Part shown: piece after piece, positions 12,814 to 26,173 of the stretch
Layout: each line of letters starts with the position of its first letter
Numbering within the stretch: position 1 is the stretch's first letter
From: Lepidodermella squamata
Taxonomy: Eukaryota; Animalia; Gastrotricha
Length of the DNA stretch: 64,000 bases
Direction of reading: 5' to 3'
NCBI GenBank assembly: GCA_047495785.1
Contig: JBLDXI010000036.1
Location: 1,277,592-1,341,591, forward strand
The notes under the pieces: generated by a model
Databases searched by the model: none
What the model saw: the letters and a program-made list of their open reading frames with translations, nothing else
What the model was told of the DNA's origin: nothing
Translations under genes and position numbers: made by a program

Positions 12814-14744
12814 TCAAATCAAATTCGTCCATCGATCACGAAGCGTGTCATACATAGGATCAACAGGGAAGTCATCAAAAGCACATTCATCCCGTTTTTC
12901 ATACAGCGACATAAACCGCCGACCCGGTACAAGGCTCATGCGAGCAGGCGAAATGCCAAAACCACTAAAGCTGAACACCAGCCGTTGCATTTTCGTTAGA
13001 AACAGCCAATCAACGTAGGTCTTCGCTCCATTCTGCCAGTTTCCATCTTGATTTTCACCTGAAATCATTGAAATTTTGTCGATATGACTCGGCTCCATAT
13101 TCACCCTGAGTAGCTTCACGACTTTAAAATCGCTGTTCAAAAATACCGAAGTAAAATTTGATTGAAATGCAGACCAAGCGTTGTTATCGTCGGTCGTAAC
13201 GAAAACAGTGTATTTTGTCGTTTGATTGACAGCATCCGAGTCGATTAGCCGCTTAGTTTCGTCGACAAAGCACTTGACGTAGTTGGGCTTGAACACATTG
13301 AAGCCGTCAACAGCTACGAATTAGAGAAAAACATTTGAAAACACAAAACATTTGAAAGAGCTCGAACTCGAGGTTTCAAAAGTAGTTGGGTCAGATTCCA
13401 ATACTAAGACCTATAAATTACCTTTTAGATAAATAGCCTTTTGTTAAGGTAAACATTGGTTGCTATGGAAGCTTTCTGTTGCCACGCAAAGGTCTAAGGT
13501 GAAGCCGTGAAAAGTTCTCAAGTTACGGAGCAAAAAAGAAAGCTAGGATCTGAGATCTAACGATTCAAATACCAGCTATTGGAACACTATGGCTAATAGG
13601 TTAGCCTTTCCTAAAAGATCCTGTTTGACAGGTCAAAGCGGTAAGAGATTTGTTTTCAAGGTACTGTTGATAAGGTCAACAAAACTTACTATAAACACGA
13701 ATTTGAACGCCAATTTTCTGTGAATTCTTCCAGAATTCGTGGCCAATCGATCTTGAGATGACATTGTCGAACAGCCGTTGAAGCTTTTGCTTAGGTCTCG
13801 AGAACAGCACACGCAAAGCCGCAGCTATTGTCGCTCGATGGTCAATATCACCATATTTGAAAATACTCGGCATAACAGTCATCAATCGATCCATAAAATA
13901 TTTGTTATGAAACAACGCGTCTAGGCCGATGTATCGATTTAGCATGACATTCAAGTTAGGAACATCGTGAAGAGCTGGATAGAAATCTGGCTCTTCAATA
14001 GTTTCGATCAAAGGTTCAGACGGAACTTCATCACTGTGCAGCAGCCATTCTGAAGCAGCTTGTTCCGCTTGACTGATTTCCGCCGGAAAATCGAACCCTG
14101 GGTACAGATTTTTATTCACGTTGAAGAATTTTGAAATATCACCAGGCCCAGGCCAATCGAAGCGGAAAATTCGGTTGGTAGCTACGGCCAGGTAAAACCC
14201 GAAAACGGTCCCGCGAAGCCGGTCGCCCAAGCCGTAACAGCTGACCGATTTGATTTTGCAGTCTTTTGGAGGGTTTTTCCGGTAGACAAAGAACAACTCG
14301 TCGTAGCAGGTGAGATTTTTCGGGAAGTTGCAAGTCGATGTGACAAAGCGTGGTCGGAATCGGGTCAGCTTGGCATAGGAAGCAAATTTTGCAAAGTAAT
14401 TTGTTTGAAGCTCGGATACGACTTCCTCGACGCGCCGATTCAATTCTGGATCTATGGCGTGTTCTTCGTAATTTTCAAACTGGGGCCTTTCATCGAAGCT
14501 CGTTATAACGTCTTCGTCAGAAATATTAAAACTCTGAAAAATGTTCTGCTGAAAATTTCTCGCAAAATGAAAAATAATCTGAAATACTTACAACGGATTG
14601 AGAATCTTTTCCTGCTTGAGAATTGAAATACTTGAGGTCTTCGGGAGCTTTCCATTTCCACAGTGTTAAAATAAGAAAGACACATACGAGGGATAGGGCT
14701 AACTTGGCGGCATTAACCCAGCATTTAGGTCTAAACCTAGTCAT
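12814..14744 (-). CDS. Fucosyltransferase-like glycosyltransferase (alpha-2/alpha-6 FucT superfamily, GT-B), ~498 aa, 3 exons (14744-14592, 14533-13690, 13313-12814)
   Basis: Type II TM anchor; motifs GLGDRLRG, IGVQIR (motif I), VFVTTD (motif II) and DWLFL...SFSGF (motif III); the introns are in frame. Confidence 0.82.
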
Positions 14745-15474
14745 AATTTCATGCGTAAATTTATATCCATCAAAAACATTATTTTAATCATTGAATGAGC
14801 ACGCGTTTTAATCAATTTTTTCCACGCTCAAGTTGTTGTGAAAGCAGTTTGTTACACATTTTTCCATTGAATAATTTAGCTGGGATAATTCAGTGATTTT
14901 TGTTTACGCTGATCGATCAATATTATTGATTGGTTAGCTGTTCATCTGATCACATCTTAATCTGGTCATATCTTAATCTGCTGTTGAAGATGCTGGGATG
15001 AGCACATGGTGCGATCGTCAATCCTGAACATTCCAAGGATCCCAAATTGCTAAATTTTTAAATTTTATCTGATTCTTGTGGGTTTCTGGGTTTTCTTGCA
15101 ACGACTTCTCGAGTTGGAGCTGCGTTACCCCCGATACCTAGGCGCTTGGTAAATAAGCACCCAACGCTGCTCGAATTGACCTGGGTTAGATTCATTCGAA
15201 GATGGGCTAAGATGATGAATTGTTTTCAGAGCCATTTCAGCGATTAGCGATCGGATAGGCAGCAGCCTAGGTACGTGTAACTTTTTCAATGTTTTCAGGG
15301 CCTTGAAATGTTGTTGAAATTTCCGACACCTAATACTTGAAGTACCAAACGCCGAAACTAAAAATAATAATCCACCATCGAGGCGTATTTCCCACCACCT
15401 TGAAACATTTTTTGAGAATAATATAGATCGACATAATGGGATATCATTTTATGTGTTATTCTTTTCGCAGTTGT

Positions 15475-15830
15475 TTACGAGCTCTTTTTGTTCTTGCTTT
15501 GCTGTGGCTTCAATGCGAACAGGTGGGTACCGCTTGGGACAGGAATCTGCGTGGCGGTGCAGGCATTATAAAGGCGGCACGAGTTTGCCGGCCCAACTTC
15601 GAAGGCGGAACAGTTGCCAGTACAGCTTTTGAGACATGTATAAAATCGAGGCCTATTGACAACTTTTGGAGTTTCCTCGCATGTTTTCAACTTTCGCGCG
15701 AAATCACTCAAATTTCCTGCGTGGTAACGTCAGAAATAATGAAGAGCAGGCAAGAAATTCAAGACTTACTAGCATGTACAGCAACGAAGCAGGCTAGAAC
15801 TAAGATCAGAGCAAGACCTAAGGCTTTCAT
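15475..15830 (-). CDS. Secreted single PAN/Apple-like protein, copy B, 100 aa (exons 15830-15770, 15716-15475)
   Basis: Signal MKALGLALILVLACFVAVHA; 53-nt phase-1 intron; C...CxxxC..CxAF....CxLYxxC pattern. Confidence 0.88.
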
Positions 15831-15859
15831 AGTAAGTAAGATACTCGAAGTGGAAGTTA

Positions 15860-15942
15860 AAATTAAGAATTATGAAATGAGCTGGTAGCGCTATGGGCCC
15901 TGAAAACGGGTGCGCAAATGTTAACAGCTGTCGCGAACCTAC
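15860..15942 (-). promoter_or_regulatory. Conserved upstream cassette of the secreted-protein family (copy B)
   Basis: GAGCTGGTAGCGCTATGGGCCCTGAAAACGGG...CAGCTGTCGCGAACC. Homologous blocks lie at 12303-12450, 48460-48725, 45340-45510, 50920-51115 and, in part, 16035-16110. Confidence 0.65.
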
Positions 15943-16034
15943 GGCGAATACTTTACGGCGGATATTAGAGGTTGGTTTTTTTTCATGTTGGCAAGCTAAA
16001 ATGAATGCTGCAAGCGCGAAAGAAGTTGCCTTCC

Positions 16035-16145
16035 GTGTGGATTCACGACAGCCGTAGCGCTACCAGCTCACTTCACCATATTTTATTTGAAATTTGATAT
16101 CAATATCTTACTGGACTGCAGGCTCCAACTGTTTCTACGATAGCC
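16035..16145 (+). pseudogene. Relic promoter and exon 1 of a seventh PAN-family copy, in opposite orientation
   Basis: GATTCACGACAGCC..GTAGCGCTACCAGCTCACTTCA..ATCTTACTG(G)ACTGCAG matches the cassette and the start of exon 1 of copy F; the ATG is lost. Confidence 0.55.
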
Positions 16146-16328
16146 GATACCATTTGATGAATGCTTTCGATGCGCGAAAATCTGGATTCAGTGGCTAGTG
16201 GCTACCAAACTTTCAAATTTCATTCTAGAGTCTCTTTCACGACTTCTGAAAATGCTAGAGAAGAGCCCAAGCGCTCCAAAGCACCAAAGACAGCTCCGGT
16301 GCTTGTTTTCATTTTAATGACTTACATC

Positions 16329-16415
16329 TCTTTGCCTGCCTTCGCCCTCTTCAAAACCGGAAACGGTAATGACGCTTAGTCATGGAGAGGCTAAAAAAAT
16401 AAAACTATTATTATT
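16329..16415 (+). mobile_element. Severely 5'-truncated RTE-like LINE (3' end only)
   Basis: Shares GCCTTCGCCCTCTTCAAAACCGGAAACGGT with the LINE end near 23190; (ATT)n tail; TTACATC duplicated on both sides. Confidence 0.75.
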
Positions 16416-16787
16416 ACATCGAAAATGGGTTTCAGATTTGGAATGAGCGCGAAAAACTGCATTAGACCATGCAATGAACTCGAATTTGAACAAAATGTCG
16501 TAAGCTAAGGTTTTCACTTGTCGCGGCTCATTTTAATAATTCTACGAATTTCATGCGAAGAATTATCGCGCTCCATCTCCCGCAAAAAAGCTTATTACAG
16601 GCCTCGCTAAATTTGGGGATTAGTTCGAAGATGACGTATTTCCCACCACCTTGAAACACTTTTATTTGAGAATAAAATAGATCGATATATTATAGACAAT
16701 AGGATTTTATTATGTTTAATATTCAATGCGAACTTTCACCATTTAGTTTAATGTTAATATTTCACAGTTGCCCGCGTCTTGGATTTG

Positions 16788-17109
16788 TTATACCTTCACG
16801 AAAAGGTCGGTAAATATTTGAACATTGGTCTTGGTGCGGGTGCAGGCTGGATAATGGCGACAGACTCCTTTAAGATCCACGTGGAAGGCGGCGCAACCAG
16901 CATTACAGCTTTGGGAACATGGTAAAAACGACATCCCTCTAACCTCTTTGATAGGCTTCTCCTGACACGTGTAGATGCTCCGCTGGTAATTAGGGAACGC
17001 TGAATGGGAAAAAATCCGACAATGTTAACAAGTGTTATAACTCGAGACTTACCTCGCACAGCAGCGAAAAGATTAGAATTACGATCAGAGAAATAGCTAG
17101 GGTCTGCAT
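16788..17109 (-). pseudogene. Secreted PAN/Apple-like protein, copy C; exon 2 intact, 1-nt deletion in the signal-peptide exon
   Basis: Exon 2 (16999-16788) reads AFPNYQRSIYTCQEKP..CSQSCNAGCAAFHV..VCRHYPAC..*. Exon 1 (17109-17053) is 57 nt and phase 0, whereas the paralogues are phase 1. A T4 run sits where T5 would restore the frame. Confidence 0.8.
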
Positions 17110-19839
17110 AGTTCGGCATAGTTACCCCACAGTTCGGCAGGCCAGAGTGAGAAAAACCCAAAAAATCACAGGGGGTGCCCTTTGGTTTTTCATAAAATTG
17201 TGGCCCGAAGATAGTTCGAGGATTTTACTTCGCGCACTCGAAGCATGGATTCGCCTTTTGCCGTACCGAGGATGTATTTCGTATAGATTTAGGCCGAAAA
17301 CGTTGTAGTACCGTGCAAGCTCGCAGTGGCTTTTTCTGTGCTCATTCCAACCTTATTAGGGTCAAGTCTCGCAAATGCCATTCCCTATCGAAAGCGGGAC
17401 GTAAAAACCCAACATTCGCGATTCGCAACGTAAATCCAACAGAGCTGGAAAACTTGCAAAAATGTCGCACCTGGTGCGTGGGCAATTTTCAGGAAAGTAG
17501 GAAATTTTTAAGGTACATAGTGACGCCAACTTTGCGTGGCCGTTTTCAACCAAGCGGAACGGGATTCTGCGGCAAAATCAATTATTTCTTAATTATTTGC
17601 TGTAAATAAATTAGTTAATGAAAGTTATTATTAATTTCATAAAGAAAATAATTAAATTTAGAGTTTCTATGGCGATTGGGATTGTTTATCGGCTGAAGTA
17701 GTCTCGCGTCGCCTCGCGTTTGCTGGTGCTGAGGCGTCAAGTGGCTAACGTGAGGTGGGTTAAGCTGGACTTGTACGTTTTCTGTTCGTTATCGGCCGAT
17801 TTATCCGTGTTGTAGGTGTACGATCCTACTCCTGAGCATCCTCAAATTGTATAAACAGCCAGCCAAGTTCAGCACGCCTCAATATGCCTTCCTCAATCTT
17901 AAAACTTACAAGTATCTGTGAAACATGCGGTATTGTTACTCAAGAGTAAACGAATTATCCCTTTCAATCTCATCCGTAGTTGAATTGCATCATTGAGATG
18001 GTGAACAAGAAATGATTACGAGTTCTGTTTTGTTCACATCTATTTATTGGCTATGCAAACAGGAATCGACAATCTATAATGCGAATTTAATCGATAATGC
18101 GAAAGATCTCACAGCAAGGTATCGTTCAACTCAGGAACTAAGGAGTCGTAGGTGACATAAATAAAAATGATCTGCCCACCAAGCTTTTTGTACTTTGTAT
18201 TACAAAAAACGAGGAAACAGTGATGGCTAATGGATAAATCGCACGACTCAATACTGTGAAAAACAATCTTCAAGACAGCTGGCTGCACAAAATAATAGAC
18301 TAAATTTGATCAAGTTGGAACGAGGAATTACGAAACCAAAGTAGTGTTAGATAACAAGTGAAATCAGACCAGCCGCCAGCAACTGAGCAACGAGGAGACG
18401 CATTTTTTTTTAACGAATTTCAGACAGACACCTCATGACTGTTATCAACTCCAAATAAAACCCTGCTAATCAACTCTAGTGAATTTCAAAGCAGGTAGAT
18501 GAATGTAATGATGCTGCCAACAAAAAACAGGAATAGATCATCGCACAGAGGAATCCGTAGTTTCGAGTACCAAGAAATAAGCTAAGCATGCCCGTTCACA
18601 AATTTCGCGGAAGAAGAATCGACAAGACGCAGTCCTAAATAAAGAACAATCACGCGAAACTGGTAGGGCATGACGGCGGGTGAAGCAATACCGTATAGAT
18701 GAAATCACTCGAATTTTATGATTTTCAGGCAGAAAATTGTTGACCCAAGTTATTTAAATCAATTGTGAAAATTATAGATCTAATCTTATATCAAAGCAGG
18801 TATTCAAGGTCGCAAACACGGAACAATAGCAAGCTTCAAATACAAAGATAAGACCGGCCATCACTGCAATAGGTATCGGCAGTTGGAAAAACACCAGAGG
18901 AAGCTAAAGTTTTATAATGAACGGATGTTTTCATTCGACGAATGAGTTCCGAAGCGAAGCGCAGGCTGCGTTGAATTTGTTGAGTTACCTCGAAATTTGC
19001 GGCTAATCGACTCACAATCGACTCGCAAATAGATTTCGACAAGGCTGAAACACAAATCAAATTGTAAATTCGATGAAAAAATGAGAAATAAATTAAAAAT
19101 TTGATTGGCAAAATATCAGAATACAAAAAAGTCGATTGGGTGACTAAACAAGAGGGACATCTTTGAACTTGAGAGGATTAACTGAAGAAGATATTTTTTT
19201 CCAAATGAAATTCCCATACATTTTCATTCCCTTAAATTTGCCAGAATTATTCGAAATTTATTCGCAATATGCAAATCAAAGAAATGGAAGAATTTATTTT
19301 TTCTATGCGAATCGTTTCAAGTGAATAAAACTCAAGCGTAACAGCAATTCCTTCGCAATTAAAGTTTTCGAAATTAGTAAATTTAACGATTCCAAGTATC
19401 GATTTTAGAAATCAGTAATTTTCCCGATATCAGCTGTCTTGGAACCTAACATCGATCATTTTTCTACGTAGCTTAGGGCACCATGTAGCTACGATACAAA
19501 AACCCAAGGATCAGGGAGGGCATCAGTATCGATCAAAAAACGAAAACGCCTAAATCGCAAAAAATCTGAAAAATTGAGTACCAGGATGCTTAAATTCAGT
19601 GCTGGATCCTCATTTTTAGTTGTGGAAATATTTGGACCTAATTAGTAATGGTTGAGATACGATGTATTCAAGACGAAAATTACACATCGCCCATTCCTGA
19701 TACCCAAAATACAGGCTATATCCGGAAAGTAGCAACTTGACTAATGTTTAGTCTGACTTGCTTTGGAATCTCTTGAAATGAGTAAAAAATGTCGTGAAAT
19801 CCGAAATAGATGACAAAACCGTGTTCATAGGGCAGGCGT

Positions 19840-21290
19840 CGGTCTTAATTCATAACAAAACAATGCGATTTCATAGCGTTTTTCGAGCGTTTTCAAAAGC
19901 GTTCAGCATTCAAGAAAGTTAGCATTTAGCATTGGAAAAAATATTACTTGGGTAAAATTGACAGCAAATAATGTGACGAGGCATCCGTAAATTCTTCCCG
20001 ATTATTTGACGATTTTATTGACTTTCTGCGCGGGCGGAAAAATGTGAAAAATTGCTACCAAGGGGATCGAAAAACGATTTTTCTATTCACCTGATTTAGA
20101 CCGGATATATTTTATTTGGAGGAGGGCGGTACATTTGAAAAATGGGTAACGAAGCCAGCGAAATGGGATGCCTTCGTCCACGAATTTTTGATACCGGTTA
20201 GATACAATTTTTGGGCCGGCGGAAAAATGTGAAAATTCCTATCTAAGACAGCGGCAGGCCGTGCCTCTACCCGCGGTTTTTCTCAATTTATAAATTCGGA
20301 ATAGTGCATTTTCCTCATTTTGGCGCATTATAGACTTCAGTACCTATTCTCACCGATTTACCGGGGAAACAAATAAGTTCACTGCGAGGAAACCACGACT
20401 AAAGCTCGATCGGAATTAATCGGGAATTATCGGTATATTCAACTTAAGTGAAGTTAATCTGGATTCATCAGATTGTTCCTGCCAAAAAATGCCGGGGCGG
20501 CCTACGGCAATCTATATGAAAATTTCTGGAATATATCGGAGAAAAGTCCGAGAAATTTTTCAGTAACCCTGGAATTTCAAAAATAAAATACCGAATTTTG
20601 CAGAATTTTCATTAAAGCTATCAACGAATAAATTCTGAAATTTAGGGCATGCATGCTGCTGAAATTAGACAAATTATGAGTGTTTTCGATGCAAATGTTT
20701 TGCAAATGGCAACTCAAAGATCCCGAACATTTTTTTTCGATGACAAATGATATTTAATTAATCGGCTGATAATTTTGCCCATCAGGTAAAAATAAGCAAA
20801 TTCTTACCAATTCATCGATGAGGCATGTTGACTAGATCTCGACGTATGATAGAGCCAGCGCCCTCATCAACCAATCATTCAATTGACATTCCTTCATCCC
20901 GAATCCCGAATAACACGCGATCCTCTTTCATGGGTTGCTTGGGCCGGTGGTGGCGCCGGTGGTTGGCGACCCTGGTGCTGTTTTGTCACGCTCGCCGTAG
21001 TCGTGCTGGCGCATTCTGTGGAGGCCACGCTCGCTAATCACTGTGTTGAGCGCGAGAATGTAACACTTTCCAATCGACTCGAAAACTTGAAATGCGGCAT
21101 CTGAAAATAAGAGAAAATAGCTTTGATGACGTGGGTTTTTTCATGATGCAATGTTTGTCGGGAAGTCCGAAGTTCGAGATGCATACGAAAAGATCCATAT
21201 TTTTCCCGAAAAAAACCCGAATTTTGTCCGAATTTTGTAGATGGTGAATAAAAAAGCTTCAACTTGCCTAGAAAAATCAATGGTCTTTCA
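19840..21290. repeat. ~1.3-kb local repeat, copy 1 (copy 2 at ~24690-26030; partial copies at ~21825-23450 and ~27590-28160)
   Basis: Long near-identical blocks, e.g. TTCTTACCAATTCATCGATGAGGCATGTTGACTAGATCTCGACGTATGATAGAGCCAGCGCCCTC at ~20800 and ~25628. Confidence 0.85.
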
Positions 21291-22162
21291 CAGAATTTTG
21301 GTCGGTCATAGAAGGATAGAAAGCCAGGGATATTAAATAGGAAATAGGTGGTAATAATGCGCAGTTACGGTAAAAATGTATCTCTTCACACTTTTCAAAG
21401 CTGGACATATATTTTTGTAAACAAATTTGAAATTGTAATGAGAACTACGAAATCAGACGACGTAACCCCATTTTTTATGCGGAAAAGAGGGTGCAAATTA
21501 TCTGATGAAATTTGGCAGGCACTGATCTTCCAATCGTAATACCGATTTTGGAACGCGAAGGAAATTGCTTTGAATGAGTCAAGAAATCGGAGGGCGACCT
21601 TCGTCAAAGAATTGAACCTCGATGCAAGGCCTTGCCGGCATCTATTCCTGTTTATAGCACGGCATTGAAACACCTTGGAATCCTAGAATCGTCCTTATTC
21701 AAGTCAACACACCTTTCGCCATTTGCTGGAAAATATAGAAAATACCCCAAACCCTATTTTTCACTTGCTACCGGTCAAATAAAAATTAAGTCTATTTTCT
21801 TCGATGCATTAATCAAAAAGGGAATCGGCTGATATTTTTGCCAATCAGATGAAAAAGGAATAAGAAAATTATTACCGATGGCTGGGACATGCTGACTGTA
21901 TCTTGACGCTTGCTATGGGAGCCAGTTCACTCGTCAACCTGTTATTCGATTAGCAATCCTTGTTACCCGCCTAACACGCCTCGAGTTGCTAAGGCTGGTG
22001 GTGGTGCCGGTTGTGGTCGACGCTGGTGTCGCTTTGTCACGCTCGCCGTGTTGACGCATACTACGATGGCTACGCTCGCGCGAGAATGTCCCACTTTCCA
22101 ATCGACTCGACAATTTGAAAAATCATCTGAAAATAAGAAAATAGCTTTAATGACTTGGCTTT

Positions 22163-23271
22163 CCCCCGACGATGAAATTCTATTAGATAAAAATCCAAAT
22201 TTAACGGAAATTACTCTCACCGAAATTAAAAATGCCATCGACCACATGAAAAACGGTAAAGCCCCGGGTATAGATGAAGTAAGACCCGAAATGATCAAAG
22301 CTCTGAGCGAGGCCAATATTGAATGGCTCAGGGAAATTTTGAATCGAGCTTGGATAGATAAGAGGGTCCCAGAAGAATGGTCAACGGCTATAATTACCCC
22401 AATTTATAAAAATAAAGGTGAGAAATCAAAATGCCAAAATTAACTAAACTACAGAATTTCTAAGGCAGGCAGTGTTTTCGGCGCCATGAATAAATTCATG
22501 TGCAACAAAAGTCAGGTTTCCATAGTTACAAAACTTAAGGTACTGACATGTGTTATAATACCTACCATCATTTACGCCTGCGAATCGTGGAACATATCGA
22601 TAGCCCAAGAAAATAGACTAAACACTATAGAATATCGATGGCTTCGATCTATAGTAGGTGTCCACCTAATGGACTATATTCCAAATATAGACATTCGACT
22701 TGCGTTATGCGGAGGTCTCATTGAAGTGAGCCGCATTGTTGAAAAACAAAGGCTAAGATATCTAGGGCACATAATTAGGTCACGTGACTATGACGTAGAA
22801 GGACTAATACACAAAATATATATTTGGACGCCTCCGCTTGGGTGGTTTGCACCCAGAGGTAGACCTCGAACCAGATGGATCAACGGAGTGCATAGAAGCT
22901 TAATTAAAGTAGGTCTTACTAAGGAAATTCGCCGGAAAAAGAAAACCAATAAGAACAATAAGGTCAAGGATAAGAAAAATAAAGCCACCAAGAAACGAGA
23001 AAACAGAAAAAATCCCGGCGAAAAGGATTTTGAGATCAAAATTATTCCCGATGTCCAACTAGCGGAATCGGTTTCTTTTGAAAAAGATGAATGGCGCATG
23101 GTTGTTAACTCGATTGAAAATTACGAATTCTATACAAAAAGCAGAATCCTCGACTGTGGGGGTGGGTGAGGATCATTCTTCGCCTGCCTTCGCCCTCTTC
23201 AAAACCGGAAACGGTACACGACGCTCAGTCCCGAAGAGGATAAATAAAAACATTATTATTATTATATTATT
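22163..23271 (+). mobile_element. 5'-truncated, internally deleted RTE-like non-LTR retrotransposon
   Basis: KNGKAPGIDE..PEEWSTAIITPIYKNKG (N-terminal RT flank); IIPTIIYACESW..RLRYLGHI..RPRTRW (C-terminus); RT core missing; (ATT)n tail; 13-bp TSD ATGACTTGGCTTT at 22150-22162 and 23272-23284. Confidence 0.92.
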
Positions 23272-24689
23272 ATGACTTGGCTTTTTCGCGATGTAATGAG
23301 AAGGTGGAGGCCCATACGAAAATTTTCATAAATATCTCGCAAAGAAGCCGGAATTTCGTTCAACGTTGTGGACATTGTAAAATTTGAGACCTCTCATGTT
23401 AGCCGAAAAATTATGATCAGTCTTTCATTCAATTTTTGTCAGTCATAATTCATCACTTGAATGGGAATATCAATTTTTAGGGAACTTGTGCCAATGAAAG
23501 TAAACCGATCAAGCCAATCTACCCGGGAAAAAAATATTCATGGGTCTGAATTATTTAATTGCGGCTAGATTATTTTTCGACGTTCATCAATTCTTTACAT
23601 ACGACATAATATTAGTATAGACTGTCTACTCACGGGAAAAGGTGTTTAACGCCATGCCTATATGATTCTAAAATTCTAAAGGAAAAATTCTCGAAACCTT
23701 CCAATTATTCTAATTCTAAGGCTAATTATTAGTGATCACCTTTCTCGAAATGTGTCCTAAAAACGACCGAGCGATGACAAAATGAAATACCGATTTGTTT
23801 CAAATTTGCAATTTTTGAAAATTCAAAATGAAAATTTTCAAATTCAAGAAGCCTGAAAAAAACAGAGGAAATAATTACCGATGGGTCATTGATCGATGCC
23901 GACGAAAATTGGCGTCTGATATCACAGCCAGAATCTTGATCGTGTCGCCATTCGATTTCAAATCCGGCTGAGCAGAAAACTTGCGGACATAGGGGCCTGC
24001 TTCCGCTTTTGCGTTGCTAGGCCACACTGCGATTTGTGCCCACTTCGCCGATTTGTGCCCACTCTAGATGGCAACGATGTTGAGGTGGACAAGTCCCAAT
24101 TTTCAACGGCGTCGGATAGCGACCCGCCATCTATAAAGAACGATGAAAAACAATAAATTGGAAAAATCAACACAGAAAGTTCTTAATTTAAAGTGATTGT
24201 AGACAGAGTATCGATGCTCCAAGGCTAACATTAGGTCTTCAAATTGTATAAAATCTACCTTAGATGGCATCTGAACTCATGTCTTATTAAAAAAAAACAG
24301 CGAGCGGAAAAAAATAGTTCGATTTCATCTAAGATCTAATTAAGGTATGCAGCTCTTCACGGCTTTTTTCATAGCGAAGTTGGTAGCTTTCTAATATTTC
24401 AAAGTTTCGCAGGAAATGTGAACATTTTTCTAAATTATTCGACCTCTCATTAACCCCCAGCCACGTCCTTGATCCGTAATTTCACCGAAGAAATAACAAA
24501 ATTTACCAGGGAAAACCGGGAAAAAGCTTCACTATAAAAAAAAGTTCGCTATTTAGCACGGCCGGTTATTTAGGATAAAAATTACAACAATTCCGAATTG
24601 CTAAATATCAGAAAACTATTTAGAATAATCGCGGGTTATTTATCCTGAGTAACATAGGGAAAAATGGAGTTTAGGGTGTCCAAAATAGT

Positions 24690-26030
24690 CGGTCTCAATT
24701 CATAACAATACAATTCGATTTCAAGGCGTTCAGAAAGTTGGCATTTAACACTGAAAACATATTATTAGGGGAAAATTGACCGCAAAAAGGTGAGCATAAA
24801 ATCCGTAAATTATTCCCGATTATTTGAAGTTCATATTTATATTTCTGAGCGGGCGGAAAAAAGTGAAAAATTGATAGCGAGAGGATCGAATGAGGATGTC
24901 TTTATTCACGAATTTTCCTGATTTTGGACCCGGTCTATTTTATTGAGAGGGCGGTAAACTTGAAAAAAACTTGAAAAAGGGGTACCACAGCCAGCGAAAT
25001 GAGAAGCCTTCGTTCACAGAATATTTGATTTTTGACGGGTTAGATTAATTTTTTGGACTGGTGGAAAAATTTGAAAAATTCATAGCAAAGACAGCGGCAT
25101 GCCATACCTCTACCGGCGATTTTTCTCAATTGATAAATTCGGAATAAACTCATTTTCCTAATACTGACGCATAATAGCCTTCAGTACCTGTTCTCAATGA
25201 TTTACCGGGGAAACAAACAAGACAACTGAGGAAACCGCGACTAAAACTCGATCGGAATTAATCGGAAATTACGTCTATGGTTTTTCAATCAACTTAATCT
25301 GGTTTCATCGGATTGTTCCTGTAAAAAATTTCTGGGCGACCTTCGGTGATCTATACACAAATTTCGGAAATCAATCGGAGAAACGCCCGTAACCCTGGAA
25401 TTTTAATAATAAATAGCTGAATTTTCGCTAAACTTTCATTAAAGCTATCAAGGAATAAATTCTGAAATTTCGGGCATGCATGCCGCTGAAATTAGACCAT
25501 TAAAAAATTATGAGTGTTTTCGATGCAAATGGTAACTCAAAGATCTAGCACATTTTTTTCGATGATAAATGATAATTAAAAAGGTAATCGGCTGCTAATT
25601 TTGCCCATCAGGTAAATTTAAGCAAATTCTTACCAATTCATCGATGAGGCATGTTGACTAGATCTCGACGTATGATAGAGCCAGCGCCCTCGTCAACCAG
25701 TCATTCAATTAACATTCCTGCTACCCGAATAACACGCGATCCTCTTTCATGGGTTACTTGGGCCGGTGGTGGCGCCGGTGGTTGGCGACCCTGGTGCTGT
25801 TGTCACGCTCGCCGTAGTCGTGCTGGCGCATTCTGTGGAGGCAACGTTCGCAGTTCACTGTGTTGCGCGCGAGAATGTAACACTTTTCAATCGACTCGGA
25901 AAATTGAAATGCGGCATCTGAAAATAAGAGAAAATAGGTTTAATTACGTGGGATTTTTCATGATGGAATTTTAGTCGAGAAGTCCGAAGTTCGAGATTCG
26001 AGATGCATACGAAAAGTTCCATATTTTTCT
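24690..26030. repeat. ~1.3-kb local repeat, copy 2
   Basis: Colinear with 19840-21210. Confidence 0.85.
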
Positions 26031-26173
26031 CGCAAATTGAGTGGAATTTTTTCAAATTGAGTGGCATTTTCCGCGTGAAGCCACAATTTTAAATTTATAT
26101 CTGAAATATTATTTAAGCGGAATGTTCCGCACAACTTTTATTGTAGAGAGGATTTTTTCGCACGAGAGATCAC

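Noticed and set aside
17130-19500. LTR or gag-like relic
   Set aside because: I could not verify paired LTRs, TIRs or protein motifs.
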